DNA from: Oscillospiraceae bacterium
GTDB lineage: Bacteria; Bacillota; Clostridia; Oscillospirales; Oscillospiraceae
DNA length: 64,000 bases
Direction: 5' to 3'
Assembly (NCBI GenBank): GCA_021203885.1
Contig: JAJQAH010000101.1
Location: 20,667-84,666 of the forward strand
Position numbers and translations under genes: made by a program. Shown here one piece after another: positions 1 to 11,606 of this stretch; the first letter of the stretch is position 1; every line of letters begins with the position of its first letter. The notes below the pieces were generated by a model, which saw only the letters and a program-made list of their open reading frames with translations, did no database searches and was not told the DNA's origin.

Positions 1-134
1 AGCGGGCCAGAAAGTCAGGCGTGAAATACATAGCCGAGGCGGGCGGCTCCATCCGGGACGATAATGTCATCGATGTCTGCAACAAGTACGGGATCGTCAT
101 GTCCTTTACCGGCGTACGGCTGTTCCACCACTGA
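1..134 (+). CDS. purH: C-terminal fragment of bifunctional AICAR transformylase/IMP cyclohydrolase PurH (5' end outside window)
   Basis: Frame 3 reads ...KYIAEAGGSIRDDNVIDVCNKYGIVMSFTGVRLFHH*, the conserved PurH C-terminus. It lies directly upstream of purD. Confidence 0.8.
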   Translation, partial: RARKSGVKYIAEAGGSIRDDNVIDVCNKYGIVMSFTGVRLFHH

Positions 135-155
135 GCAGCCGGCAGGAGGGTTATT

Positions 156-1412
156 ATGAAAATCTTAGTCGTAGGCGGCGGCGGCCGGGAACACGCCATC
201 TGCTGGAAACTGGCCCAGAACCCGCAGGTCACCGGCCTGTGGTGTGCACCGGGAAACGGGGGGATCGCGGAGATCGCTCAGTGTGTGGATATAGCGGCCA
301 CGGATGTGGACGCTATGGTGGCCTGGGCAAAAGAAAATGCCATGGATTTCGTGGTCGTTGCCCCTGATGATCCGCTGGCGCTGGGTATGGTGGACGCCAT
401 GGAGAATGCCGGTATCCCCGCATTCGGCCCCTCGGCGGAAGCCGCCGTTATCGAGGCATCCAAGATCTTCTCCAAGGATCTGATGGCCCGCTACGGTATC
501 CCTTCCGCGCGCTGCCGGGTCTTTGAAGAGATGGATCCCGCTCTGGAGTATGTGCGGGAGCAGGGCGCTCCCATCGTGGTAAAAGCCGACGGTCTGGCGC
601 TCGGCAAGGGCGTCGTCGTGGCGCAGAGCGTCGAGGAGGCCGAGTCGGCCGTCCGGTCCATGATGGCCGACAGGAAATTCGGAGACGCGGGGACGCGGGT
701 GGTCATCGAGGAATGCATGACCGGGCCGGAAGTCACGGTACTGGCTTTCTGCGACGGGGAGCATCTGTCGTGCATGCCGTCCTGCCAGGATCATAAGAGA
801 GCCCTCGACGGAAATCAGGGCCCCAATACGGGCGGCATGGGCGCGTTCTCGCCCTCGCCCAACTATACACCGGAAGTGGCCGAAGAATGTATGCGGACCA
901 TCTTCCTGCCGACGGTCGCCGCCATGAAAGCGGAAGGCCGTCCGTTCCGCGGCGTCCTGTACTTCGGTCTGATGCTGACGCCCGACGGTCCCAAAGTGGT
1001 GGAGTACAACGCCCGGTTCGGAGACCCGGAATGTCAGGTCGTGCTCTCCCTGCTGGACAGCGACCTTCTGGAGATCATGCAGGCCTGCCGCAGCGGCACC
1101 CTGGATCAGGTGGACATCCGGTGGCGGCCGGAAGCCGCCTGCTGCCTGGTCCTGGCTTCCGGCGGCTATCCCGGTTCCTATGAGAAGGGCTATCCCATCT
1201 CCGGTCTGGAACAGGCCGGAAGTTCCTCCGTCGTCTTTCACGCGGGCACTTGCCGGGCTGAGGCCGGACAGATCCTGACCAACGGCGGCCGTGTTCTGGG
1301 CGTCACGGCCACCGGCCCGACACTGGCCGAAGCCGTCGACACGGCGTATGCCGCCGCCGGCTGCATCGAGTTTCAGGATATGTTCTTCCGGCGCGATATC
1401 GGCCGGGTATAA
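156..1412 (+). CDS. purD: phosphoribosylamine--glycine ligase
   Basis: 418 aa. MKILVVGGGGREHAICWKL N-terminus and ATP-grasp body typical of PurD. Follows purH. Confidence 0.95.
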   Translation: MKILVVGGGGREHAICWKLAQNPQVTGLWCAPGNGGIAEIAQCVDIAATDVDAMVAWAKENAMDFVVVAPDDPLALGMVDAMENAGIPAFGPSAEAAVIEASKIFSKDLMARYGIPSARCRVFEEMDPALEYVREQGAPIVVKADGLALGKGVVVAQSVEEAESAVRSMMADRKFGDAGTRVVIEECMTGPEVTVLAFCDGEHLSCMPSCQDHKRALDGNQGPNTGGMGAFSPSPNYTPEVAEECMRTIFLPTVAAMKAEGRPFRGVLYFGLMLTPDGPKVVEYNARFGDPECQVVLSLLDSDLLEIMQACRSGTLDQVDIRWRPEAACCLVLASGGYPGSYEKGYPISGLEQAGSSSVVFHAGTCRAEAGQILTNGGRVLGVTATGPTLAEAVDTAYAAAGCIEFQDMFFRRDIGRV

Positions 1413-1439
1413 GCTCAACGCGGTCAGAGTTCTTCTTTT

Positions 1440-1487
1440 GGGCCGCACCGGGGCGGATCTCCGGTGCAGCCCGTCTTTTTGCTTTTT
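1440..1487 (+). terminator. intrinsic terminator after purD
   Basis: GGGCCGCACCGG / CCGGTGCAGCCC stem (one mismatch) followed by GTCTTTTTGCTTTTT. Confidence 0.6.
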
Positions 1488-1537
1488 CCGGCGGTCCGGC
1501 GGCCGGACACCAGAGATCATTTTGGAGGCAGACATAA

Positions 1538-2656
1538 ATGGAAACCTATCAATTTGCCGTTCCCACCCTGTTCGGCCTGGAATCCGTCTGCGCGGGGGAA
1601 ATGCGTCATCTGGGGCTTCAGAACGTGCATGCTGAAGACGGGCGCGTTTTCTGCACCGGTTCGGCACTGGATCTGGCGCGGCTGAACCTGAATCTGCGCA
1701 CCGGGGAGCGGGTGCTGCTGGTCCTGGGCAGTTTCCACGCCTCCACCTTTGACGAACTGTTCGAGGGCACCCGGGCCCTTCCCTGGGAACAGTTGATTCC
1801 CGCGGACGGGGCCTTTCCCGTTCAGGGGCACAGTCTGAATTCCGACCTGCATTCCGTACCCGCCTGCCAGTCCATCGTGAAAAAAGCGGCCGCGCGGCGG
1901 CTGGGCAGCCGCTACGGCTTAGAGACTCTGCCGGAGACGGGTGCCCTGTATCAGATCCGGTTTTCCCTGATGAAAAACGAGGCGACTCTCATGCTGGACA
2001 CCACCGGCCCCGGCCTCCACAAGCGCGGCTACCGGGCCCGAAGCGTCACGGCCCCTCTCCGGGAAACGCTGGCCGCCGGTATGGTCCTTCTGTCCCGTTA
2101 CAGGGGCCGTGATCCCGTCTGCGACCCCTTCTGCGGCTCCGGAACGATCCCGATCGAGGCGGCCATGATCGCAAAAAACCAGGCACCCGGCCTGAACCGC
2201 TCCTTTCCCGCCCAAAACTGGGAAATCGCCGGGAAGGATCTGTGGCTCCAGGCAGCCCGGGAAGCGGCGGACCGGGAGTTTCACAACCAGTGGACCCTGT
2301 GGGGAGGAGATATCGATCCCCGGGCCGTCTCTCTGGCGCAGCATAATGCGGAACTGGCCGGCGTGGCGGATCTGATCACATTTCAGGTCAGAGACGCCGC
2401 CGATTTTAAAAGGCAGGAACCCTGCGGCCGCGTGATAACGAATCCCCCATACGGAAACCGCCTTCTGGAGGAAAACGAGACGGAGCAGCTGTATCGCTCT
2501 TTCGGCCGGGTCTGGCGGGAGATGCCGCCGGGGTGGCAGCTGTACCTTCTCTCTGGATACCCCGGATTCGAAGATGCCTTCGGCCGGAAGGCGCGGAAAA
2601 AACGAAAACTCTACAACGGCATGCTCCGCTGCGACCTGTTCTGTTACGGGTCCTAG
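1538..2656 (+). CDS. THUMP-domain class I SAM-dependent RNA methyltransferase (RlmL/YpsC-like)
   Basis: 372 aa. N-terminal THUMP-like region, DPFCGSGTIPIEAA SAM motif and NPPYG catalytic motif. Confidence 0.8.
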   Translation: METYQFAVPTLFGLESVCAGEMRHLGLQNVHAEDGRVFCTGSALDLARLNLNLRTGERVLLVLGSFHASTFDELFEGTRALPWEQLIPADGAFPVQGHSLNSDLHSVPACQSIVKKAAARRLGSRYGLETLPETGALYQIRFSLMKNEATLMLDTTGPGLHKRGYRARSVTAPLRETLAAGMVLLSRYRGRDPVCDPFCGSGTIPIEAAMIAKNQAPGLNRSFPAQNWEIAGKDLWLQAAREAADREFHNQWTLWGGDIDPRAVSLAQHNAELAGVADLITFQVRDAADFKRQEPCGRVITNPPYGNRLLEENETEQLYRSFGRVWREMPPGWQLYLLSGYPGFEDAFGRKARKKRKLYNGMLRCDLFCYGS

Positions 2657-2739
2657 GGAATTCGGTCCAGTCCACAGTACCGAAAACCCCCTTTTTTGTA
2701 AACGAATGATGAATTTTTTCATTTTTTTAAAAAAGGGGG

Positions 2740-2768
2740 TTGATTTTTTCTATGTTTCGGGTTATGAT
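2740..2768 (+). promoter_or_regulatory. sigma-A-type promoter of groESL
   Basis: TTGATT (2740-2745), 17-nt spacer, TATGAT (2763-2768), placed 12 nt upstream of CIRCE. Confidence 0.6.
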
Positions 2769-2779
2769 TGTAACTGAAA

Positions 2780-2806
2780 TTAGCACTCTTGTAAAAAGAG
2801 TGCTAA
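2780..2806 (+). promoter_or_regulatory. CIRCE operator (HrcA binding site)
   Basis: Perfect TTAGCACTC-N9-GAGTGCTAA inverted repeat between the promoter and groES. Confidence 0.92.
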
Positions 2807-2848
2807 TAAAGGCAAAGTAAGTATTTTAAAAATAAAGGAGGAATTTTC

Positions 2849-3133
2849 ATGAATCTGAAGCCTTTGGCTGACCGGGTCATCCTCAAAATGATGGAGGCCC
2901 AAGAAACCACGAAAGGTGGCTTAATTCTTACCGACTCTGCCCAGGAAAAACCCGAGGTGGGCGAAGTGATCTCGGTGGGTCCCGGCGGCAATGTGGACGG
3001 TAAAGAAATCGTTATGACTGTAAAACCCGGAGACAAGGTGATCGCCAGCAAATATGCAGGCACGGTCGTCAAAGTGGATGACGAGGAGTACACCATCGTC
3101 CGCCAGAACGACATCCTTGCCATCGTGGAGTAA
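2849..3133 (+). CDS. groES: co-chaperonin GroES
   Basis: 94 aa. [13 protein letters not shown]...[13 protein letters not shown] typical GroES. AGGAGG RBS. Confidence 0.97.
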   Translation: MNLKPLADRVILKMMEAQETTKGGLILTDSAQEKPEVGEVISVGPGGNVDGKEIVMTVKPGDKVIASKYAGTVVKVDDEEYTIVRQNDILAIVE

Positions 3134-3150
3134 TCAAGGAGGTAATGTAA

Positions 3151-4776
<1,626 letters not shown>

Positions 4777-4793
4777 TCCTGTATTTCCTTTTC

Positions 4794-4836
4794 GGAAGGG
4801 AGCACCGCAAAGCGGTGCTCCCTTCCGTGCTTTTTC
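4794..4836 (+). terminator. intrinsic terminator after groEL
   Basis: GGAAGGGAGCACCGC-AAA-GCGGTGCTCCCTTCC perfect 15-bp stem followed by GTGCTTTTTCT. Confidence 0.85.
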
Positions 4837-5107
4837 TCCCCTTATTTCCCGAAGCTCTCGGCGTTTTTTATGAACACTTTGTAAAAAGTTTTCTGCTTAT
4901 ATGTAAATATCACCGGGCAATATTGCATAATCTCAAACAAAGTGATACAATAATGCCGAGTTTCCGGCCCTTATGAAAGCAAACATTCCCCCGCTGACGC
5001 ACATGCTGCACCGGCTGTTTCCGGTCAGCTGAAAAGAAAGCCTTTTTGACGCGGGTGAATCGCCTTCCCGGGCCGCAATCCCCACCATTCCCTGAGGAGG
5101 AACCGGT

Positions 5108-7375
5108 TTGGACCAAAATAATAACAATTCCCCGAAAAACCCGAATGACGATAAGAATAATAACAGGAGAAGAAGAATCACCGGTATCGTGACCATTGTC
5201 CTTTGGGCCCTGCTGTTGGCGCTTCTGATCAACTTCTGCACGGCCAACAATGAGTCATCCGAAAAGCCCACTATCCTCTACTCCAGTTTCCGTAACGCCG
5301 TTAACGAGGACGCTGTGGCAAAAGTGGATCTGGACACCGATGAATATGTCTTCACCCTGCGGGAAGGCTATACCATGGACGCCGAGGGAAATCTGGAATA
5401 TACCGATCCGGATGAGTCTTCGACCATCGAAGTTGAAGCCGAGGAAGAAGTGTCCTACGCCACCACCCCGCCGGAGGGCGTGGATGACGACGAACTGATT
5501 CCCATGCTGGTAGAGCACAATGTGGAATTCGGCGGCATCCCGGCTGAGGAGACATCCTTCTTCCTGATCCTGCTGGAAAATTATATCTTGCCCATCGGCA
5601 TCATGGTCGTCGCCATGCTGCTGATCTACCGCTTTGTCTTCCGCCGCATGGGCGGCGGCGGCATGGGCGGCATGGGCGGCGTCGGCAAATCGAATGCCAA
5701 AGTATACGTAGAGAAAAAGACCGGCGTGACCTTCAAGGACGTGGCCGGTCAGGACGAGGCGAAAGAGAGCCTGGAAGAGATCATCGATTTTCTCCACAAC
5801 CCGCAGAAGTACACCGAGATCGGTGCAAAGCTTCCGAAAGGAGCCCTGCTGGTCGGTTCCCCCGGTACCGGCAAGACGTTGCTTGCACGGGCTGTGGCCG
5901 GTGAAGCCAATGTTCCTTTCTTCTCCATCAGCGGCTCTGACTTTGTGGAAATGTTCGTAGGCGTCGGTGCTTCCCGTGTGCGGGATCTGTTTAAAGAAGC
6001 CGCCAAGATGGCTCCCTGCATCATATTTATCGATGAGATCGATACCATCGGAAAATCCAGGGACAACCGCATGGGCGGAAACGACGAGCGTGAGCAGACA
6101 CTGAACCAGCTCCTTGCCGAGCTGGACGGCTTCGACCCCACTAAGGGTGTCATCGTCCTGGCCGCAACGAACCGGCCGGAAGTGCTGGACAAAGCCCTTC
6201 TGCGTCCGGGCCGTTTTGACCGGCGCATTATCATCGACCGGCCCAATCTGGCCGGGCGTCTTGCCACTCTGCAGGTTCACACCCGGAACATCCATCTGGC
6301 GGAGGATGTCAACCTGCAGCGGATCGCGCAGGCTACAGCGGGCTGCGTCGGCGCAGATCTGGCCAACCTGGTCAATGAGGCGGCGCTGCGGGCCGTCCGG
6401 ATGGGCCGGAAAGCCGTCAACCAAAATGACCTGCTGACCTCCTTTGAAGTGGTGATCGCCGGTACCGAAAAGAAAGGCACCGTTCTGACCGAAAAAGAAA
6501 AACGCCTGATCGCATACCATGAAGTGGGCCACGCTCTGGTCGCGGCGAAGCAGAAGAATGCCCAGCCTGTCAGCAAGATCACCATCGTGCCGCATACACA
6601 GGGTGCTCTGGGATATACCATGCAGCTGCCGGAAGAGGAAAAATTCCTGATGACCCGGGAGGACCTGCTGACCGAGATCCGCACTCTTCTGGCCGGCCGC
6701 GGCGCGGAGGAACTGGTCTTCAACACGCAGACGTCCGGCGCCGCCAACGATATCGAGCGCGCCACGGACGTGGCCCGGAAACTGGTCACCATGTACGGCA
6801 TGAGCAAGCAGTTCGGCATGATGGGTCTGGCCACGGTCCAGAACGAGTATCTGGAAGGAAATATGGGCCTGAACTGCGCCCAGGATACCGCCGCCAAGAT
6901 TGATTCCGAAGTGCAGGAGATCATCGAGACCTGCCACGAGGAAGCGAGAAACCTGCTGCGGGAAAACCGGGAAATGCTCGATAAGATCGCCGGTTATCTG
7001 CTGGAAAAAGAGACCATCACCGGCCAGGAGATGATGTGCATTCTGGACGGGAAAGATCCGGCTCTGGCCGATGACTATACGGACGATTCGCCGAAAATGG
7101 AGGAAAAGCGCCGGGATGCACTGAATTCCGATATGGAGCCTCCCGCCCGCCATGTACATATCACCAATGAAAAGCCCGTTCCCCATCCGGATTCGGAAGA
7201 CAAGCCCGACAGCGGGCAGCCGCCGGAGGAGAAAAAAGACGACGACGGATCCGAGCCGCCGGCAGAGCAGAGCGGAACTGACGATAAGCCCGCGGATGAT
7301 AAGCCCGGCGGCCAGTCTGACGAAGGCAATAAAGCCGAAAAGGCTTCTTTCGGCAACGAGGCGGAAGAGACCTGA
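5108..7375 (+). CDS. ftsH: ATP-dependent zinc metalloprotease FtsH
   Basis: 755 aa, TTG start after GAGGAGG. Two TM segments, Walker A GSPGTGKT, Walker [16 protein letters not shown] zinc site. Long acidic/Pro-rich C-terminal tail. Confidence 0.95.
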   Translation: MDQNNNNSPKNPNDDKNNNRRRRITGIVTIVLWALLLALLINFCTANNESSEKPTILYSSFRNAVNEDAVAKVDLDTDEYVFTLREGYTMDAEGNLEYTDPDESSTIEVEAEEEVSYATTPPEGVDDDELIPMLVEHNVEFGGIPAEETSFFLILLENYILPIGIMVVAMLLIYRFVFRRMGGGGMGGMGGVGKSNAKVYVEKKTGVTFKDVAGQDEAKESLEEIIDFLHNPQKYTEIGAKLPKGALLVGSPGTGKTLLARAVAGEANVPFFSISGSDFVEMFVGVGASRVRDLFKEAAKMAPCIIFIDEIDTIGKSRDNRMGGNDEREQTLNQLLAELDGFDPTKGVIVLAATNRPEVLDKALLRPGRFDRRIIIDRPNLAGRLATLQVHTRNIHLAEDVNLQRIAQATAGCVGADLANLVNEAALRAVRMGRKAVNQNDLLTSFEVVIAGTEKKGTVLTEKEKRLIAYHEVGHALVAAKQKNAQPVSKITIVPHTQGALGYTMQLPEEEKFLMTREDLLTEIRTLLAGRGAEELVFNTQTSGAANDIERATDVARKLVTMYGMSKQFGMMGLATVQNEYLEGNMGLNCAQDTAAKIDSEVQEIIETCHEEARNLLRENREMLDKIAGYLLEKETITGQEMMCILDGKDPALADDYTDDSPKMEEKRRDALNSDMEPPARHVHITNEKPVPHPDSEDKPDSGQPPEEKKDDDGSEPPAEQSGTDDKPADDKPGGQSDEGNKAEKASFGNEAEET

Positions 7376-7447
7376 CCGGGATCCCCCTTCCGATACAAAG
7401 AATTTCTCCCGTGCCCCGCAGCGGGCCGGATAAATGAATCCACACGG

Positions 7448-7486
7448 GCTGCCTGTGGCCCTCCGCCATCAGGCAGCTCTTTTTTC
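7448..7486 (+). terminator. intrinsic terminator after ftsH
   Basis: GCTGCCTG-N14-CAGGCAGC stem followed by TCTTTTTT. Confidence 0.6.
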
Positions 7487-7535
7487 GATCCCATCCTTTT
7501 GATATTGGCCTTTGATGTGATTTGGAGTTTTTTCG

Positions 7536-8057
7536 TTGAAAAAATGTGACTACACACTGATCAGATCCCGCCGCAGAAGCATCTCCGTGGAGATCACCCC
7601 GGATCTGACCGTACTGGTCCGGGCTCCGCTCCGCTGCCCCCTCTCCGAGATTAATGCATTCGTGGACAGACATCGGGAGTGGATCGCCCGGCATATGGAC
7701 CGCCAGCGTCAGCATCTGGAAAATCATCCGGAACCTTCCGCCGAAAAGGAGCGTATCCTCCGGGAACGGGCGGCGGCCCTGATCCCCGCCCGGGTCGCTT
7801 TCTACGCCGGAAAAATGGGCCTGTCCCCGGCCGGCATATCCATCACCGGGGCGAAAACACGTTTCGGCAGCTGCAGCGGCAAGAACCGCCTCTCGTTTTC
7901 CTGGCGGCTGGCCGATTACCCCGATGAGGCAATCGACGCGGTCGTCGTCCACGAACTGGCCCACATCGTCCATAAAAACCACGGACCGGACTTCTATGCT
8001 CTGGTCGAATCCGTACTGCCCGACTACAGAGAACGAATCAAATTACTGAGCGACTAA
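7536..8057 (+). CDS. YgjP-like (DUF45 / M48-family) metallopeptidase
   Basis: 173 aa, TTG start. HELAHIVHKNHGPDFY zinc motif typical of the YgjP/SprT-like family. Confidence 0.75.
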   Translation: MKKCDYTLIRSRRRSISVEITPDLTVLVRAPLRCPLSEINAFVDRHREWIARHMDRQRQHLENHPEPSAEKERILRERAAALIPARVAFYAGKMGLSPAGISITGAKTRFGSCSGKNRLSFSWRLADYPDEAIDAVVVHELAHIVHKNHGPDFYALVESVLPDYRERIKLLSD

Positions 8058-8076
8058 CAGAACAGGAGATGTACAC

Positions 8077-8583
8077 ATGGGTTTTTCCCTGCTGGCAGAC
8101 GAGGTCTGCGACACCATATATGATCTGTCCGGATCCGCTCTGGCCGGACAGGGGATCCGTCTGTTGCTGGCGGATCTGGACAACACCCTGGTCCCTTATG
8201 GGGTCCCCCTGCCCACGCAGGATGTGATCTCATGGAACCGCTCTCTTTCGGAGGCCGGTGTCACGCTGTTTGTGCTCTCCAATAACCGGCACGCCGACCG
8301 GCCCCGTATTTTTTGCGATGCTCTGAACATCCCGTACCTGGCCCACGCGGGCAAGCCGAAAATAGGCGGTTTCCGCCGTGCAATGGCACAGATGGACGTT
8401 TCGAATACCCAGACCGCCATCGTGGGCGATCAGATCTTCACGGATATTCTGGGTGGACGGAGAGCGGACGTCATGGCGATCCTCGTCCGTCCGATCCGTC
8501 TGGCAGGCAACCCCGGCCGCTATCTGCGCTACTGGGTGGAATGGCCTTTCCGTCTTCTGTCGTCATTGAGGTGCAGATCATGA
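8077..8583 (+). CDS. YqeG-family HAD-IIIA phosphatase
   Basis: 168 aa. LLADLDNTLVPYG (DxD motif), HAGKPK and GDQIFTDILGG motifs. Confidence 0.8.
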   Translation: MGFSLLADEVCDTIYDLSGSALAGQGIRLLLADLDNTLVPYGVPLPTQDVISWNRSLSEAGVTLFVLSNNRHADRPRIFCDALNIPYLAHAGKPKIGGFRRAMAQMDVSNTQTAIVGDQIFTDILGGRRADVMAILVRPIRLAGNPGRYLRYWVEWPFRLLSSLRCRS

Positions 8584-9437
8584 GCGCGCGTTTCGGACCC
8601 GCCGGCAACTGCGAGGCGTACCCGTATAAATCCTCTCTGGAGGCGCCCGCGTGGCTGGCCGAAATGGGCCTCGGGCTGTATGAGTACCAGTGCGGGCGGG
8701 GCGTCCATATCGGGGAAAAGACGGCGCGTCAGCTGGGAGAGAATGCCCGGGGCGCCGGCATCACGCTCTCGATCCACGGTCCCTATTTCATCAGCCTGTC
8801 CAATCCGTCGAAAGAGATGCTGGAAAAAAATATCGGATATGTTCTCGCCTCCTGCCGCGCCGCCGACTGGATGGGCGCCTCGAGAGTCGTGATTCACTCC
8901 GGCGCGGTCATGGGCCGGCCGCGGCGCGAAGCGCAGGATGTCTCCATGCGCTCTCTGAAAGAGATCCTGAAAGCCGTGGACGGGGAAGGCCTCGGACATA
9001 TTTCTCTCTGCCCGGAAACCATGGGGAAGATCAATCAGCTGGGAGATCTGGACGAGGTGCTCGAACTGTGCTCCCTGGACGAGCGGCTGATCCCCACCGT
9101 GGACTTCGGCCATCTGTACGCCCGCAGCCTCGGGCAAGACGACGGGCCGGAAGCCATGGCCCGGATCCTGGACCGGCTGGCCCAGGCCCTTGGCGAGGAA
9201 CGGGCCTCCGGTTTTCACTGTCATTTTTCCCGTATCGAATTTACGACGACCGGCGGTGAAAAGTGCCACCGCACCTTCGCCGATAACGGCGGGTTCGGCC
9301 CGGATCCGGAACCTCTCATGTCCGAACTGGCCCGCCGCGGCTGGAGCCCTTCCGTCATCTGTGAGAGCGCTGGGACCCAGGCGGAGGATGCTCTGACCAT
9401 GCAGAACATGTACCGGTCCTTTTTGCAAAAGAAATGA
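8580..9437 (+). CDS. endonuclease IV-like TIM-barrel protein (Nfo/xylose-isomerase-like fold)
   Basis: Start taken at ATG 8580, which overlaps the yqeG-like stop (ATGA). Motifs IHGPYFISLSNP, VVIHSG, LCPETMGK, DFGHLYA, HCHFS recall Nfo metal ligands. The 8313 ORF start lies inside the upstream gene. Confidence 0.65.
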   Translation: MSARFGPAGNCEAYPYKSSLEAPAWLAEMGLGLYEYQCGRGVHIGEKTARQLGENARGAGITLSIHGPYFISLSNPSKEMLEKNIGYVLASCRAADWMGASRVVIHSGAVMGRPRREAQDVSMRSLKEILKAVDGEGLGHISLCPETMGKINQLGDLDEVLELCSLDERLIPTVDFGHLYARSLGQDDGPEAMARILDRLAQALGEERASGFHCHFSRIEFTTTGGEKCHRTFADNGGFGPDPEPLMSELARRGWSPSVICESAGTQAEDALTMQNMYRSFLQKK

Positions 9438-9448
9438 TCATAATTGAC

Positions 9449-9492
9449 AAAACGCGGCATATCACACATTCGTGATATGCCGCGTTTTTTCT
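9449..9492. terminator. bidirectional intrinsic terminator between convergent genes
   Basis: ACGCGGCATATCAC-loop-GTGATATGCCGCGT 14-bp stem, flanked by an A-run upstream and TTTTTTC downstream. Confidence 0.8.
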
Positions 9493-9521
9493 TTGTTGAT
9501 CTTCGCTTTCTGATCTTATTC

Positions 9522-10439
9522 CTAATCTGCATCTGCAACACTGTACGCCCACAGAATCTTGATCTGGCTCTGCAGAACATCGAAGGGCCAGACTTTCGCG
9601 CTGTTTTCCGGGCTGTTGGAATCATTGACCGTAAACCCTTCATCGGTATATCCCGTTACGACGATGTAGTGCCCGCCGACGGTAAAATCACCGGGGCCCA
9701 CATTGCAGATGATCGGCTTTCCTTCATCCAGCGCCTGCTTCATGGCCTCCTCCGTCAGTGACAGTGTTTCCGCCTTCAGCCCGAATTCACTGCATCCGGT
9801 CGACAACAGTCCCCAGCTGGTCCCGCCGTCCGAGAAATAACCGGCACTGTCGGCCCAGTCCGCAATATACAACGGTGTCATGTCGGGGTCATTCGTCAGA
9901 TACAGCACCACCATGGACAGTGCCGTTGGGCCGCATCCGGCATACCCGATCAGGCCGCCTCCGTAAGGCTGATATCCCCACCGGCTGTCCCACTGGATCA
10001 GAAGCGGCACCGAATCCTGTTCTGCCTCCTCACTGAGATCGATCTCCCCCAGAGGGCGGGAAACATACTCCGGATAATGGTAGACGAAATCAATGGTCTG
10101 CGGGTAATCGGTCACTTCTTTCTGAAGCCGTGCCGGGTAAATCTCTCCGTCGTCGGAGAGGATGATATCCAGTTTCTCCTCATCCGTCAGCTCGTCGTCT
10201 TCCTGCTCCTCGGCCGGTTCTTCAGACGTCTCCTCAGCAGCCGGTTCCTCAGCTTTGTAAACCTCGCTCCTGGTGAGCCGGATCACTGCCGGGGAATCGG
10301 AATTCATCGTCTCCCCGGAAGCGGTATTCTGCCGGAAAATGAGCCAGCAGACCACAGCGCACACAATCAGGATCCCAACGATTATGCAGCTGACGCCGAT
10401 CGAATTGAAAGCAAGGCGCCATTTTCGTCTGTGTCTCAT
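9522..10439 (-). CDS. membrane-anchored papain-like cysteine peptidase (peptidase C39-like domain)
   Basis: 305 aa. N-terminal TM helix, acidic linker, GCGPTALSMVV Cys motif and later GGHYIVVTGY His motif. Confidence 0.65.
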   Translation of the reverse strand: MRHRRKWRLAFNSIGVSCIIVGILIVCAVVCWLIFRQNTASGETMNSDSPAVIRLTRSEVYKAEEPAAEETSEEPAEEQEDDELTDEEKLDIILSDDGEIYPARLQKEVTDYPQTIDFVYHYPEYVSRPLGEIDLSEEAEQDSVPLLIQWDSRWGYQPYGGGLIGYAGCGPTALSMVVLYLTNDPDMTPLYIADWADSAGYFSDGGTSWGLLSTGCSEFGLKAETLSLTEEAMKQALDEGKPIICNVGPGDFTVGGHYIVVTGYTDEGFTVNDSNSPENSAKVWPFDVLQSQIKILWAYSVADAD

Positions 10440-10569
10440 GTTCCTCAGCCGGCTTTCTCTCTCCCCGGTTCTCTCCGCCGGGACGCTCTGTATGCCGCGC
10501 GGCAGTTCAAACAGGCAACCGGCTCACCGGTAGTGATGCCGGACCCCGCATGATGCCCTGCCGCAGGTT

Positions 10570-11490
10570 CTAAGTCAAATGATGCTTCGGCGTATTGGCA
10601 CTGTCCCAGTAAGCCTGCTTCAGCATTTCAGCATATTCTTCGGCCAGGGGATTATCCTCGCCCTCATTCCAAAGGCAGACGATATGTTCATCCTGCCCAA
10701 TCGGATATTTTTCCAGTTCCTCGCTTTGATACATTCGGGAAAATCCGGTGGACAATACATATCCCCGTCCCAGTTCGGCCTCCGTGTAAGCTGCCTCGCG
10801 CCCCTCACACATAATGATCTTGGACGGCTTCAGCCCGTACATGGCGGCTTCTTTTTTCGCTCTGAGCAGAGCTTCCGCGGAGGGCTCTCCCGGAAAGACA
10901 TCGGAGATGAACGGCTCCGTGATAAAGTCCTCGTAAGTGGCATCTTTTTTTACTTTCGGATGTGTGGCGGAGATCATCAGCATAATGGGAACGCTCTTCA
11001 GTTCCATCATCTTGAACTTACTGATGTCCTGCACAAAGCGCGCATAGATCAGCACCACGTTCAGGTCGCGCTCTTCCAGTCTCTGAAGCAAAACGCTTGG
11101 ACTCCCCCGGAGCGTTTCCACCACGCTTTCCGGATAAGCTTTCTCCAGACGATTCAGTGCCGTATTGATTGCGGTTCCGAAATTCATCCAGTTCTGATAT
11201 CCTACCCGGAGAGATCCGCAGTGGGACGCATACCGGCTCTGGCACAGCTGCTTGAGCAGGGAATATTCCCGCATCTCCTTGGACCAGAACTCCTGCATCG
11301 TCTTTCCGCCATTGGTCAGCGCCACCGAGCGGCGGGTCCGGATAAAAAGGGGAAACCCCAAATCTTCTTCCAACCGGGAAATGTGCTGGCTGACCGCCTG
11401 CTGACTCATATAAAGTTCTTTCGCCGTGCTGGTAAAATTTAACGTATTTGCCAAAGAAAGGAAACAGCGTATACTTGTTTCTGTCAGCAT
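10570..11490 (-). CDS. LysR-family transcriptional regulator
   Basis: 306 aa. N-terminal wHTH FTSTAKELYMSQQAVSQHISRLEEDLGFPLF plus a substrate-binding body. Confidence 0.9.
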   Translation of the reverse strand: MLTETSIRCFLSLANTLNFTSTAKELYMSQQAVSQHISRLEEDLGFPLFIRTRRSVALTNGGKTMQEFWSKEMREYSLLKQLCQSRYASHCGSLRVGYQNWMNFGTAINTALNRLEKAYPESVVETLRGSPSVLLQRLEERDLNVVLIYARFVQDISKFKMMELKSVPIMLMISATHPKVKKDATYEDFITEPFISDVFPGEPSAEALLRAKKEAAMYGLKPSKIIMCEGREAAYTEAELGRGYVLSTGFSRMYQSEELEKYPIGQDEHIVCLWNEGEDNPLAEEYAEMLKQAYWDSANTPKHHLT

Positions 11491-11606
11491 TTGCGATTCA
11501 CCTTTAAATTTTTTGTCTGCAAAGCCAAAACTCTCCTACAGTTACAGGCTTTCGTTTGTTTTCTTTTTTCGTCGAAGAAATGGAATCTCTCAGCGGCCGG
11601 CGCTGC

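Noticed and set aside
165-1667. Very long antisense ORFs opposite well-identified genes. Examples: 165-1667(-) vs purD, 3160-4551(-) vs groEL, 5255-7186(-) vs ftsH, 16698-17990(+) vs parE, 27025-28881(+) vs the MBL and nifS-like genes, 30232-31425(-) vs miaA, 35327-36856(+) vs mutL, 37097-39082(+) vs mutS, 56222-57964(-) vs polC.
   Set aside because: Each lies opposite a gene with unmistakable conserved motifs. Their translations are Arg/Gly/Pro/His-rich and low in complexity, with no recognisable domains or RBS. Long stop-free antisense frames are an expected by-product of GC-rich codon bias.
5640-5690. Short tandem GGCATGGGC repeats in ftsH (encoding [12 protein letters not shown]).
   Set aside because: It is an in-frame Gly/Met linker between the second TM helix and the AAA domain, with only about 2-3 imperfect copies. 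It is not a variable-number repeat by any visible criterion.
8313-8579. Upstream extensions of several ORF-track entries: 8313 for the Nfo-like gene, 43664 for moaA, 39364 for mutS, 59968 for pdxS, 52015 for rseP, 49239 for uppS.
   Set aside because: The extensions overlap the preceding gene in another frame and encode low-complexity peptide. Internal starts have proper RBS spacing and reproduce the conserved N-termini of the families.
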